Source: an uncultured delta proteobacterium (GTDB lineage Bacteria > Desulfobacterota > Binatia > Binatales > Binataceae). From it: DNA of 64,000 nucleotides. The stretch lies in assembly GCA_963765675.1 (NCBI GenBank), contig CAVXXK010000006.1, positions 64,001 to 128,000 on the forward strand. The letters are read 5' to 3'. The number at the start of each line of letters is the position of its first letter. The first letter of the stretch is position 1. This document shows, piece after piece, positions 10,683 through 20,138 of the stretch. Both the position numbers and the translations under genes were made by a program. Below the pieces are notes generated by a model. That model was given only the letters and a program-made list of their open reading frames with translations. It had not been told where the DNA came from and did not search any database.

Positions 10683-11321
10683 ATGCTGGGCCTCGCCGCG
10701 AGCAGGAAGTTCGGGTGGAGATTGGTCTCCAAGCCTGACGAAGAATTGATTGCCGACGCGCTCGGCGGCGAGGCGTCGGCATTCTCCGAGCTGGCGACGC
10801 GGCATCGCCCACGCGTCGAGCGGTTGTGCCAGCGGTTTTTCTCCGATCCCGAGATCGCCCGCGACCTCACCCAGGAATGTTTCATCCGCGCCTACACTGC
10901 TCTTGCGAGCTATCGCAAGGAGATGCCGTTTGGCGGATGGCTGCGCGCGATCGTGACCAACCTGTGCTATGACGAATTGCGGCGCAGGCGGCGCCGTCCC
11001 GAAGAGTTGGTCGGCGACTTCACCGCGATGGAGGTGCAGTGGATGCATCTGGTGAACGAGGCCACGCCCGAGCAGATTGTCTCTGAGGCCGAGGAGCGTC
11101 GCCATGCGCACGACTTGGCGCATCGCCTGCTCGATACGCTCAGGCCCGAGGATCGCACCGTCCTCATCATGAAGGACAGCGAGGGGATGAACGTCAGCGA
11201 GATTGCGCAGACGATGGGCTGGAGCGCGGCGAAGGTGAAGATTCGAGCTTTCCGCGCCCGTCAGGCGTTGCGCCGCGAGTCGGAGCGGCTGCAATCGGCC
11301 TCGCGCAGGTGGAGTTCATGA
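10683..11321 (+). CDS. ECF RNA polymerase sigma factor
   Basis: DLTQECFIRAY, FGGWLRAIVTNLCYDELR, region 4 SEIAQTMGWSAAKVKIRAFRAR. True start may be slightly downstream. Confidence 0.9.
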   Translation: MLGLAASRKFGWRLVSKPDEELIADALGGEASAFSELATRHRPRVERLCQRFFSDPEIARDLTQECFIRAYTALASYRKEMPFGGWLRAIVTNLCYDELRRRRRRPEELVGDFTAMEVQWMHLVNEATPEQIVSEAEERRHAHDLAHRLLDTLRPEDRTVLIMKDSEGMNVSEIAQTMGWSAAKVKIRAFRARQALRRESERLQSASRRWSS

Positions 11322-11758
11322 ACTGTTTCGAAGCCCGGCAGGATTTTCCCGCCTACTGGCGGCGCGAGCTGCTCGAGTATCGGCGCGCCGAGATCAACGC
11401 GCATCTTGGCGAGTGCGCGAAATGCGACGCCGCGTTCCGCACCTTTGCGATGACTGCGCCGGTCCTGCATTCGGTGCAAGCTCCGGACAGCAGCACTGCA
11501 CAGCCGCGCGAGTTCACTCTCAGGTCGGTGACGCGCGCGGCAGCGCCGAGTCCGCGCGCGAACTACCGCGAGCCGCGTAGGTGGCTTGCGATGTGCGCGT
11601 CGGTGATTATTTTCATCGCCGCCTCGACCGGCGCATACCTCGCAGTGACTCCTCCCGCAGGTTCTCTCAGCGAAGCGCTGACGAGTCCGCAGGAACCGTC
11701 GATGCAGGAATTGTTCGGATCCGACACGCCTGACTTGAGCAACGACCTCGCCGGGTAA
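11318..11758 (+). CDS. Zinc-finger anti-sigma factor (membrane anchored)
   Basis: MNC...HLGECAKC (HxxxCxxC) plus a TM helix; directly after the ECF sigma gene. Confidence 0.8.
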   Translation: MNCFEARQDFPAYWRRELLEYRRAEINAHLGECAKCDAAFRTFAMTAPVLHSVQAPDSSTAQPREFTLRSVTRAAAPSPRANYREPRRWLAMCASVIIFIAASTGAYLAVTPPAGSLSEALTSPQEPSMQELFGSDTPDLSNDLAG

Positions 11759-11763
11759 ATTCC

Positions 11764-12186
11764 TTGCCGGGCAAATTCAACTCATGGCCGATTGTACTCG
11801 CGATAGCGGCGAGCTTGCTCATCGGATTCACAATCAGCACGCTTGCCTATCGCTACCACTACCTGCGCGTGCCGGGGCAGGGAGCAGTGGCGCGGATGAA
11901 TCGCGATCTGCATCTGACGCCGGGCCAGCGCGAGCAGATTCTCGGGATCATGCAAGACACGCGGCTGCGCGTGAAGCAGGTGCGGAACCATTTCCAGCGC
12001 GCGCGGCGCACCCTGCTGATGCAGGCCTACGCACAGATTCGCGCGACGCTGACACCCGAGCAACAGCAGCAATTCGATCGCGAGTTCGCGATGCCCTCGA
12101 TGCGCGGCAGCGGCGGCGCCGCTCCAGAGGCCTTCGCCTCGCCTGCCGATCAACCCAGCGCCGCGGCCTCATCCGCCGAGCCCTAG
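11764..12186 (+). CDS. Membrane-anchored periplasmic helical protein (Spy/CpxP-like)
   Basis: N-terminal TM, LHLTPGQREQI and LTPEQQQQF (LTxxQ) motifs; third gene of the ECF module. Confidence 0.65.
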   Translation: MPGKFNSWPIVLAIAASLLIGFTISTLAYRYHYLRVPGQGAVARMNRDLHLTPGQREQILGIMQDTRLRVKQVRNHFQRARRTLLMQAYAQIRATLTPEQQQQFDREFAMPSMRGSGGAAPEAFASPADQPSAAASSAEP

Positions 12187-12250
12187 CCAGCCGGCGATTT
12201 CCCTCTGCCCCGCCTGCGCGATATGTATCGAGCACTCGAAGGGCAGTGCG

Positions 12251-13477
12251 ATGGCGAGCGTTTATCAACCGATTCAATCTGAACCCGGGCCGCGTCCGAC
12301 ACACAATCTTGCGCTCGGGTATCTGCGCGGATTTCTCGTGGTGCTGGTTCTCGCGCATCACTCGGTGCTCGCGTATATCGACTCGCCGCCTCCTCTGCCG
12401 AAGTCGTTGCTCGATCCGGTGAAGTGGTGGCGCGCATTCCCGATCATCGATCCGCATGCGCATTGGGCCGGCTTCAGCCTGTTCACCGGTTTCAACGACG
12501 ACTTCTTCATGTCGCTGATGTTCTTTATTTCCGGACTCTTCGTATGGTCCAGTCTGCGGCGCAAGGGCGCGGGAAAATTCAGCCGCGATCGGCTGATTCG
12601 TCTCGGTCTTCCGTTCCTGGTCGGCGCCGCGATCGTCGCCCCCATCGCCTATTACCCCTCGTACTTGCAGGCAGGCGGCCACGGTATCCGCGGTTACGCT
12701 CATGTGTGGATGTCATTTGGCGATTGGCCGACAGGGCCGGCGTGGTTCATCTGGCTGCTGCTCGCGTTCGATCTCGTCGCGGCCGCGATATTCGCGGTGA
12801 TGCCGGACTTTGGCGCCATCGTGGGCCGACTGACATCGGGCGCTCAGACGCGCCCGTTTCGGTTTTTTATTCTATTCGCGGCAATTTCTGCCGCGGTCTT
12901 TATTCCGATGGTCCGGATTTACGGACCGGCCTACTGGACCAGCATCGGACCATTTCAGTTCCAGACCGCGCGTCTGTTTCATTACGCGGTTTATCTGATC
13001 GCTGGAATCGGCGTGGGAGTGTACGGAATCGATCGCGGACTGCTTGCGAGCGACGGAAACCTCGCGCGCCACTGGGGCCGCTGGGTCACCTTCGGACTGA
13101 TCGCATTTTTCGCGAGCATCGTTTTCGTCGTCACCATAATGACCCGGCTGTATCACTCGGGAATGCCTCTAGCCGTTCTGGCCGTGATTGGTGGCGCGGT
13201 CTTCGCGGTGACGTGCGCGGCGCTCTCGTTCGCTTTCCTCGCACTATTCATCCGCTTTGCCACTCGCCAACGATGGATTTGGGACAGCCTGAGCGACAAC
13301 GAATACGGGATGTACATTATCCACTACATGTTCGTCTCGTGGCTGCAGTTGGCGATGCTGCAAATCGCGCTGCCGGCAATCGGCAAAGGCGTACTGGTCT
13401 TCATCGGCGTGCTGCTTCTGAGCTGGGGCACGAGCGCCGCGATCCGCAGCATTCCCGGAGTTTCCCGCGTCGTTTAG
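12251..13477 (+). CDS. Acyltransferase 3 family membrane protein (OpgC/MdoC-like)
   Basis: LRGFLVVLVLAHH, FFMSLMFFISG, RLIRLGLP, WFIWLLL, YGMYIIH; many TM segments. Confidence 0.85.
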   Translation: MASVYQPIQSEPGPRPTHNLALGYLRGFLVVLVLAHHSVLAYIDSPPPLPKSLLDPVKWWRAFPIIDPHAHWAGFSLFTGFNDDFFMSLMFFISGLFVWSSLRRKGAGKFSRDRLIRLGLPFLVGAAIVAPIAYYPSYLQAGGHGIRGYAHVWMSFGDWPTGPAWFIWLLLAFDLVAAAIFAVMPDFGAIVGRLTSGAQTRPFRFFILFAAISAAVFIPMVRIYGPAYWTSIGPFQFQTARLFHYAVYLIAGIGVGVYGIDRGLLASDGNLARHWGRWVTFGLIAFFASIVFVVTIMTRLYHSGMPLAVLAVIGGAVFAVTCAALSFAFLALFIRFATRQRWIWDSLSDNEYGMYIIHYMFVSWLQLAMLQIALPAIGKGVLVFIGVLLLSWGTSAAIRSIPGVSRVV

Positions 13478-13506
13478 ATCAAGCGGCCGCCGGGACGGCG
13501 GCCGCG

Positions 13507-13678
13507 TCTGATCTCTCGCCCTGAAAGGGAGAGGTAAGGTGAGGGTCCGAATTCAGTGCGCTGCGAAGCAGCGCGCGATTATAAGCAATCTGCTGAACAG
13601 AATTTAAAGGCGCGGCACAACGATGCCGCGCAACTCGGTCCCTCACCTAACCTCTCCCTTTCAGGGCGAGGGATCAGA
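13507..13678. repeat. Palindromic element family A (MITE/REP-like, ~45-bp imperfect terminal inverted repeats)
   Basis: TCTGATCTCTCGCCCTGAAAGGGAGAGGTAAGGTGAGGGTCCGA ... TCGGTCCCTCACCTAACCTCTCCCTTTCAGGGCGAGGGATCAGA; between convergent genes. Confidence 0.85.
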
Positions 13679-13717
13679 GGGCGGGCATTGGCGTCAGTAG
13701 GACCGGCGTCCCGCCGG

Positions 13718-14170
13718 TCATTCCGAACACGGCGAGGAATTCTCCTCGCGCGCGATCACGCGCTTTGCGCCGAGGTAAACCCGGTATCGCTCATGCTCGG
13801 CGAACTCTTTGAGCGTCCAAACGATCGGCGTTCCGACCTGCTTGCTCAGATGAATCGCGCGGCCGTGTCCGAGATACACCGCGACGTGCGCGCCCCACGC
13901 GCGACGCGTCCGGTTGAACAGCATCAAGTCGAGCGGACGAAGTCTTACGACGCGGCGCGTATAGCGCGTGTCACTCCACAAATCGCTCGAGCGTAGATCA
14001 GGCACCGGGCGTCCGAAATGCCGCAACAGCTCATATGCAAAGTGCTGGCAATTGGCGCCCTGCGCCAGTCCGCGCAAATTGGGTGCGCCCGGATAGCATG
14101 CGCCATTGTAATGGACGCGCAGGAACTTCCGCGGAATCGCGATTCCCACCGAGCGCGTACCTGTTTCCAT
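13718..14170 (-). CDS. NlpC/P60-like cysteine hydrolase
   Basis: GANCQHFAYELL catalytic Cys, DLMLF, HVAVYLGHGRAIH. Confidence 0.7.
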   Translation of the reverse strand: METGTRSVGIAIPRKFLRVHYNGACYPGAPNLRGLAQGANCQHFAYELLRHFGRPVPDLRSSDLWSDTRYTRRVVRLRPLDLMLFNRTRRAWGAHVAVYLGHGRAIHLSKQVGTPIVWTLKEFAEHERYRVYLGAKRVIAREENSSPCSE

Positions 14171-14183
14171 CTCCGAAAAGGCT

Positions 14184-15020
14184 CTACGGCATCTTCGCGA
14201 TGAACTCGCCGAGGATCGTCGCGACGGCGGCGGGATTTTCGAGGATCACGTGATGATGCGCTGCCGGAATCTCGACCATCCGCACCTGCGGATTCGAGTC
14301 ACGCGCCGCTGCCGCCGCTTCGGCCGTCATGATACGGCTCAGCTCTGCGCGAATCAGCAGAGTCGGAATCGTGATCGCCTTGAGAGTTTCAAGCGCGTCG
14401 ATTCCGTCGCTGCCGAAAAAACTTTCGCGATCGAACTTGAGCGTCCAGCGTCCCTCGTCGGTGCGCGCCAGGCTCTTATGCGCGATCTCGCGCAGGACCT
14501 CCGGCGAAATACCGCCCTCGTCGGGCATCAGGCGGAAGCGCGCCTGCGCGGTCTCGAGATCCTGATAGGTCACGAGCGGCAGCGCCTTCAGGCGCCGCAG
14601 ATAACGATCGCGTCCCTTGCTCGAGGTGAGTGCCGCATCGATCGCGACGACCGCGCGTGCGAGTTCGCCATGAATGCGCGCGAAGGCGAGCGCGCTCAGT
14701 CCACCCATACTGTGCCCGACAACGATCGGCTTGTCTTGCGGGCGGGCAACGTGCGCGGTGAACGCGGCGATATCGCGCGCGTTATCCAGCGGCGAGTATG
14801 ACGCGGGCCGCACCCATTCGCTGTCGCCGTGGCCGCGTTGATCGAGCGCAAGAAGGCGCAAGTCGGGCGGCATCAGGCGCGCGACCGGCTCCCACCACCA
14901 CGCGTTGGCGGAATTTCCATGCAGGAGGATCACGGTGACGCGCCCCGCGGGATTCCATTCGAGGTAATGCAGCCGGGGCTTGGCGTCGAAGATATGGCTG
15001 TGCGGCTCGTTCATGCTCAT
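14184..15020 (-). CDS. Alpha/beta hydrolase (second of a tandem pair)
   Basis: LLHGNSANAWWW, DQRGHGDS, GHSMGG nucleophile, AHHHVILE. Confidence 0.8.
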   Translation of the reverse strand: MSMNEPHSHIFDAKPRLHYLEWNPAGRVTVILLHGNSANAWWWEPVARLMPPDLRLLALDQRGHGDSEWVRPASYSPLDNARDIAAFTAHVARPQDKPIVVGHSMGGLSALAFARIHGELARAVVAIDAALTSSKGRDRYLRRLKALPLVTYQDLETAQARFRLMPDEGGISPEVLREIAHKSLARTDEGRWTLKFDRESFFGSDGIDALETLKAITIPTLLIRAELSRIMTAEAAAAARDSNPQVRMVEIPAAHHHVILENPAAVATILGEFIAKMP

Positions 15021-15833
15021 TCGAGATTCGGCGACGAAACTCTTGAGCGCCGCGATGAGCGCATTCGGATTATCGAACATCACATGATGATAGGAATCAG
15101 GAATTTGCGCGAGCCGCCCGTGCGGCAATATCGCGACCATCTTCTCGGCCATCTCGATGCTCAAGACGGGGCTGTTGGTCACTTTGACGATCAGCGCGGG
15201 ACATCGGATTTGAGCCAGCGAATCCCACACCGCCAGCGGCTCGCGAATCAGCGTGCGGCGGTCGAGCTTGTGAGTCCAGTTGCCGTCGGGAAGCTGCTTG
15301 TAGGTATGCCGCGCGATGTGCTCGAGGATCTCCGGCCGCGCAACCGTCTCGCGCGGGAGCACTTTGAAGCTCTTGACCGCGGCTTCGAACGACTCGAATC
15401 GACGCGGCGGCTTGTCCGCGTAGGTGCGAAGAAAAGCGACCGCGCGCTCGGTGTAGTCGGGCGGCGTATCGATCGCGACCATCGCGCGCAGCTTGTCGCT
15501 GTTGCGCGCGGCGTAAACCAGCACGTTATGCGCGCCCATCGAATGTCCGATCAGGATCGGCGCGCCAAGTCCCCACGAATCGATCACCTGTTCGAGATCG
15601 GATCGGTAATGCTCCGAGCCGTACTCCCAATTCTCGGGCCACTCGCTGTGTCCGTGGCCGCGCTGGTCCAGCGCCAGGACATGGAAGTCGGCGATAAAGG
15701 CGGGCGCGACAAAATCCCACCAATGCGCATGCGCGGAGCCGCCGTGCAAAAACAGCATCGGCGGTTTGCCCTCGCCGCCATAGTCGAGGCAGTTGAGAAT
15801 CAGTCCGTTAGCCTTGAAGCGTCGCTCCTGCAT
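15017..15833 (-). CDS. Alpha/beta hydrolase (first of pair; apparently fused to the next gene by a +1 base near 15028)
   Basis: FLHGGSAHAHWW, DQRGHGHS, GHSMGA. Removing one A gives GAT CTC GAA TGA with an ATGA overlap to the next gene. Confidence 0.8.
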
Positions 15834-15972
15834 CGCATTCCCCGGAAAGATAGTATCGCACCCGCTCGTGCGGCGGGCACCGCATAATCAATGGCCGCGC
15901 GTACGCGGCTTTGCAACCCGCCCGGTTCATGGCACCATCGATAGCAGGCACCTGATGCGTCCGTTCCCGACC

Positions 15973-16539
15973 ATGCGATCAGTTTTCCGCTTCCGGCAAA
16001 TCATGACCCTTGCGATGTTGGCGCTCGCGCTGGCGTTGCCGTCGTTGGCGCGGGCGCAGGATTCGTCGTCCAACCAGGCCAAGGCGCGCTCTCTGGTCGA
16101 TGCCGCGATCAAGATGACCAACAGCGACGAAGCGGTGAAGCTGCTGTGGCAGGCGACCGATATCGATCCGACGCTCGAGGATTCGTATGTCTATCTCGGG
16201 CTCTATTACAACTCGCGTTCCGACTTCGCCAACGTGGTGAAGGTCTATCAGAAGCTGGTCAAGTACAATCCGAGCCAGACCAGCGCCTACCTGAATATCG
16301 GCGAGGCGTACATGTCGTTCTCGCCGCCGCGCACGGGCGACGCGCTGGTGTACTATCGCAAGGCGTACGAGGTCGATCCCAAGAACACGTTCGCGGCGCT
16401 TCGGATCGGCCAGATACTCGCGCAGAACGGAAACCACGACGACGCGGTAAAGTATCTGCGCCAGGCGCTGGCCGACACCGCCAATCCGAGCGTGTCGTCG
16501 CAGGCGGAGAAGACTCTGCACGACATGAACGCGCTGTAG
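15973..16539 (+). CDS. Secreted TPR protein
   Basis: Signal peptide ending ARA-Q; TPR-like repeats (SYVYLGLYY, AYLNIGEAY, AALRIGQIL). Confidence 0.8.
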   Translation: MRSVFRFRQIMTLAMLALALALPSLARAQDSSSNQAKARSLVDAAIKMTNSDEAVKLLWQATDIDPTLEDSYVYLGLYYNSRSDFANVVKVYQKLVKYNPSQTSAYLNIGEAYMSFSPPRTGDALVYYRKAYEVDPKNTFAALRIGQILAQNGNHDDAVKYLRQALADTANPSVSSQAEKTLHDMNAL

Positions 16540-16550
16540 GCGATCAATCG

Positions 16551-16746
16551 GCCACAAAGACACGAAGACACAAAGCGGGACTTTTGCGCAATCCCATGGA
16601 AGCATCAGGCGCAGTCATCAATCCAACCACCAAGACACAAAGACACAAAGACTTGATTCATTTCCGCGCGCCGCGCGCGGAAATGAATCTTAATCGTGTC
16701 TTAGTGTCTTCCTCTTCCTTGGTGTCTTTGTGTTTAGTCTTTCTTG
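16551..16746. repeat. Repeat family C (ACAAAGACAC-type units around a 16-bp perfect hairpin)
   Basis: 16591-16746 matches 56395-56550 with about 10 mismatches in 156 bp; central GATTCATTTCCGCGCG-ccg-CGCGCGGAAATGAATC. Confidence 0.85.
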
Positions 16747-16805
16747 CGGCGTCAGAGCGCAGGATGCGGCGACCTCGACTTTTGCCTCCGATCCCTCGCC
16801 CGCAG

Positions 16806-16980
16806 TCTGGTTCCTCGCCCTGAAAGGGAGAGGTCAGGTGAGGGACCGATCTGCGCGCGGCGTTGTTTGCCGCGCGCCTTAGATTCTGCCCGGGCAGATT
16901 TTTGATAATCGCGCGTTGCTCGGCACCGCGCTGAATTCGGTACCTCACCTGACCTCTCCCTTACTGGGCGAGGAACCAGA
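16806..16980. repeat. Palindromic element family A (inverted relative to the 13507 copy)
   Basis: TCTGGTTCCTCGCCCTGAAAGGGAGAGGTCAGGTGAGGGACCGA ... TCGGTACCTCACCTGACCTCTCCCTTACTGGGCGAGGAACCAGA; internal part resembles the reverse complement of the 13507 copy. Confidence 0.85.
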
Positions 16981-17001
16981 TCGCGTGTGCGATGGGAGTG
17001 C

Positions 17002-17442
17002 TTAGAGATCGCGAGTCATTGCGCGGTGCGGGATTCCGGCTTCTTCGAAGACTTCGCCTTTCGGATGGAAGCCCTGCTTGAGATAAAAGCCCTCGGCGGT
17101 TAGTTGCGCGTGCAGGATTGCGCGAGTGTATCCGCGATTGCGCGCGGTCTCGATCAGGAATTCGAGCACGGCGCGGCCGATTCCGGAGCCGCGAAGCTCG
17201 CGCAGCGCCGCCATCCTGCCGATCTTGATTTCGCCGGGGCCGTGCTCGACGTAGCGGCCGCATCCAACGGGCTGCCCGTCGCGAAGCGCCAGCGCATGGA
17301 AAGCGCGGGCATCGTCGGAGTCGAGCTCGATCTCTTCGGGCACCTGCTGCTCCTCGATAAACACCCGGCGGCGAATCGCGTACATCGCTTCGCGCAGCTC
17401 GCGCGACTCGGCCGCGACCACCAAGATTTGTCCGGTGCCCAT
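17002..17442 (-). CDS. GNAT family N-acetyltransferase (ElaA/YjcF-like)
   Basis: IRRRVFIEEQ, KIGRMA, RGSGIGR, LHAQ..AEGFY, EAGIPH. Confidence 0.9.
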   Translation of the reverse strand: MGTGQILVVAAESRELREAMYAIRRRVFIEEQQVPEEIELDSDDARAFHALALRDGQPVGCGRYVEHGPGEIKIGRMAALRELRGSGIGRAVLEFLIETARNRGYTRAILHAQLTAEGFYLKQGFHPKGEVFEEAGIPHRAMTRDL

Positions 17443-17508
17443 GCGACGCTCACTAGCGCGTGCAAGTGCGGCGCGTCAATCCGGATTCGCTGTTGCGGCA
17501 TTCTGTCG

Positions 17509-17788
17509 TGTCATTCCCGCGCGTGGCTGCCGCGCGAGGAATCCCGGATCTCGGTACATGGTCTTTACGCAACTCGTCGGTGAGTGCATGAACGCCTCGG
17601 GATTTCTCCCTCCGGTCGAAATGACGGATGTCGGCTTGGTGCACCAGTATCGTAGTCTCAGCCGAGCCCTCGACCGTCATTTCGAGCTATGGGCGAGAAA
17701 TCCCGAGCGGCCATGCTCCGAGTCTACATATCATGCGGCGGCCTCTCGTTAGGGATTCCTCGCGCGGCAGCCACGCGCGGGAATGACA
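17509..17788. repeat. Nested palindromic element, family B (GTCATTCC...GGAATGAC type)
   Basis: Perfect 37-bp inverted repeat 17509-17545 / 17752-17788, enclosing a second inverted pair at ~17596-17627 / 17674-17707. Confidence 0.9.
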
Positions 17789-17876
17789 TCACACAACGTC
17801 GCAGATGCGGCTTCATCGTATCGAGTGGGTTGTGCTAGGTTCGGTCGCGGCGGGTCGATTTTCCCAGGAGCCGAGG

Positions 17877-18857
17877 ATGCCGAATCTTCCCGAGACAATT
17901 TATGCGCCGGAGCTCGACGGTGGGACGTGGATTCAGGGCGGTCCAGTGTCGATCAAAGCGCTGCGGGACAAGGCTGTCGTGCTGGTCGATTTCTGGGATT
18001 ACACCTGCGTCAACTGTATCCGTACGCTGCCCTATGTCGAAGGATGGAACCGGCGCTATGTGAAAGACGGCCTCGTGATCGTCGGCGTGCACGCGCCCGA
18101 ATTCAGTTTCGCGCGCGAGGGCTCGCACGTGAAAGCGGCGGTGACAGAGTTCGGACTCGACTATCCAATCGTGCTCGACAACGACTACGCGATCTGGCGC
18201 GCCTACTCGAATCGGTTCTGGCCGGCAAAATATCTGATCGATGCGAAAGGGCGGATTCGCTACTACCATTTCGGCGAAGGCGGTTACCAGGAATCCGAAG
18301 TGGCTATCCAGAACGCGCTGCGCGATCTGAATCCCGCTCTGAGCCTGCCGCCTCCGATGGAGCCGGTGCGCGATTCGGATCAGCCCGGCGCGGTATGCTA
18401 CCGCGTGACGCCCGAGATGTATCTGGGCCATGCGCGCGGCCAGTTCGGAAATCCCGCAGGAGTCGTGCGCGATCGCCCGCAGGACTACACCGATCCGGGG
18501 CGGCATGCGGAAGGGCTGTCGTACCTGGGCGGGCGATGGCGCGTCGAGCAGGAGTTGGCGCGCGCCGAGGCTCCAAACGCGACGATCGCGCTGCGCTATA
18601 CCTCCAAGGATGTGAACCTGGTGATGGCGCCGCCGGCCGGCGCAGTGGCGCAGGTCGAGATCGCGGCGGGAGCGGACCAGACGCTCGGCGACGACGTGAA
18701 GACCGCGAGCGGACGGCCGATCGTGACAGTCGATCGTCCGCGGATGTACAACCTGATCGCGAATGATTCCGTAGAGCCGGGTGCGCTCGAGCTTAAAGCG
18801 CTGCAAGCGGGAGTCGCCGCGTATGCATTCACATTCGTATCGTGCGTGGTGAACTGA
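17877..18857 (+). CDS. DipZ-like thioredoxin/redoxin domain protein
   Basis: VLVDFWDYTCVNCIRTLP, GVHAPEFSF, NRFWPAKYLID, TPEMYLG, AYAFTF. Confidence 0.85.
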   Translation: MPNLPETIYAPELDGGTWIQGGPVSIKALRDKAVVLVDFWDYTCVNCIRTLPYVEGWNRRYVKDGLVIVGVHAPEFSFAREGSHVKAAVTEFGLDYPIVLDNDYAIWRAYSNRFWPAKYLIDAKGRIRYYHFGEGGYQESEVAIQNALRDLNPALSLPPPMEPVRDSDQPGAVCYRVTPEMYLGHARGQFGNPAGVVRDRPQDYTDPGRHAEGLSYLGGRWRVEQELARAEAPNATIALRYTSKDVNLVMAPPAGAVAQVEIAAGADQTLGDDVKTASGRPIVTVDRPRMYNLIANDSVEPGALELKALQAGVAAYAFTFVSCVVN

Positions 18858-19657
18858 TGAAACCGGCGGACGAAAAAAGCGCCACCGACGCGCAAATCGA
18901 ACGTGCGGCCGAGTTAATCCTCGATGCCGAGTATCCGATCGCGCTGACCGGCGCCGGGATGTCGGTGGAAAGCGGTATCCCGCCGTTTCGAGGGCCGGGC
19001 GGCTTGTGGACCAAATATGGCGAGCCGCCGATGAACGGGTTTCAGCGCTTTCTGGCCGATCCGAAAAAGGCCTGGGAAGAGCGGCTCAGCTCGCGCAATG
19101 ATGAACTCTACAAGCCGCTGTCCGAAGCGCAGCCGAACGCGGGCCATCGCGCGCTCGCGGAACTCGAGCATCTGGGCGTCCTGCGATTTGTGATCACGCA
19201 GAATATCGACGACCTCCATCGGCAGGCCGGGCAAAAGGCGATGGCGGAGATTCACGGCAACTGGAAGCTGGTGCGATGCCTTGAATGCGGGCTGCGCTTT
19301 CGCCGCGAGCAGATCGATCTTACCGAGCTGCCGCCCAAGTGCCCGGAGTGCGGCGGGCTGATGAAGAGCGACACGGTCTCGTTCGGCGAGCCGATTCCAG
19401 TTGATGCGCTGAAGCTATGCGCCGAGAACTCGGCGCGCGCTGACCTGGTGGTCGTGGCAGGGACCTCGGCGACGGTTTACCCTGCGGCGGGATTCGCGCT
19501 CGAGGTCGCGCAGCGCGGCGGTGCGATGGTCGAGGTGAATCTGTACGAGTCCGAGCTGACTCCTCTATGCGACATCAGCCTGCGCGGCACCTCGGCCGAC
19601 ATTCTGGCGCGCCTGGTGCGCGCAATCACCGTGCGCAGAAAGCATCGCGCGTCGTAA
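18857..19657 (+). CDS. cobB: Sir2-family NAD-dependent deacylase
   Basis: TGAGMSVESGIPPFRG, ITQNIDDLH, EIHG, CxxC..CxxC, GTSATVYPAA; TGATG overlap with the upstream gene. Confidence 0.85.
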   Translation: MKPADEKSATDAQIERAAELILDAEYPIALTGAGMSVESGIPPFRGPGGLWTKYGEPPMNGFQRFLADPKKAWEERLSSRNDELYKPLSEAQPNAGHRALAELEHLGVLRFVITQNIDDLHRQAGQKAMAEIHGNWKLVRCLECGLRFRREQIDLTELPPKCPECGGLMKSDTVSFGEPIPVDALKLCAENSARADLVVVAGTSATVYPAAGFALEVAQRGGAMVEVNLYESELTPLCDISLRGTSADILARLVRAITVRRKHRAS

Positions 19658-19676
19658 TGCCGGTGCTAGCGCCGAG

Positions 19677-19898
19677 GGCGAGATTCCTCGCCGCCATTGC
19701 TGCGCGGCGTGATCCGCCCCATGCCTTGTGGGTAGCTCGGTCTGGCTCGGAATGACAGCTTTTCCGTATGTTGTGTGTCATTCCGAGCGAGATAGACGAT
19801 GCCTGTCGTATCGTGCGCGTCGCATCGAATGGCACACATCGCGAGGAATCTCGCCAGCCGTGTGAGCAGCCCAGCGCAACGGGTTGCGCAAAGCTCTC
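19677..19898. repeat. Family B palindromic element (diverged relative of the 48873 and 54662 copies)
   Basis: GGCGAGATTCCTCG...GCTCGGAATGACA / TGTCATTCCGAGCG...CGAGGAATCTCGCC; right end GGTTGCGCAAAGCTCTC. Confidence 0.75.
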
Positions 19899-19934
19899 CC
19901 GATCTCGGAGAGGGACGATCCAGAAACGAGATCG

Positions 19935-20138
19935 TTAGTACTGCTTGATCACGCAGGCGCGGCCGGCGTCATCGTAAACGTAGGTGTCGGCGGGATTCTC
20001 GTCCCGGGTCTTCTTGTGCGTGCCGTCGCAGAAGGGCTTGTTCTTGGAGAGTCCGCACGCGCAGATGTAGAGCGGAAGCTCGGTGCCCTCGGGAACTTCG
20101 TAGGGAGAATTCTTGTCGTGTCTGACCATTCGCGCCAT
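19935..20138 (-). CDS. CDGSH iron-sulfur domain protein
   Basis: ICACGLSKNKPFCDGTH. Confidence 0.9.
   Translation of the reverse strand: MARMVRHDKNSPYEVPEGTELPLYICACGLSKNKPFCDGTHKKTRDENPADTYVYDDAGRACVIKQY

Noticed and set aside
13483-13505. GC hairpin after the acyltransferase as an intrinsic terminator
   Set aside because: A 10-bp stem is present but there is no U-tract on either strand.
14184-15833. Apparent two-domain alpha/beta hydrolase (549 aa)
   Set aside because: Removing one base gives a stop overlapping the next ATG (ATGA), typical of two coupled genes. A real fusion is not fully excluded.
16551-16746. CRISPR array from the short AAGACAC repeats
   Set aside because: No constant-length repeats with unique spacers and no cas genes.
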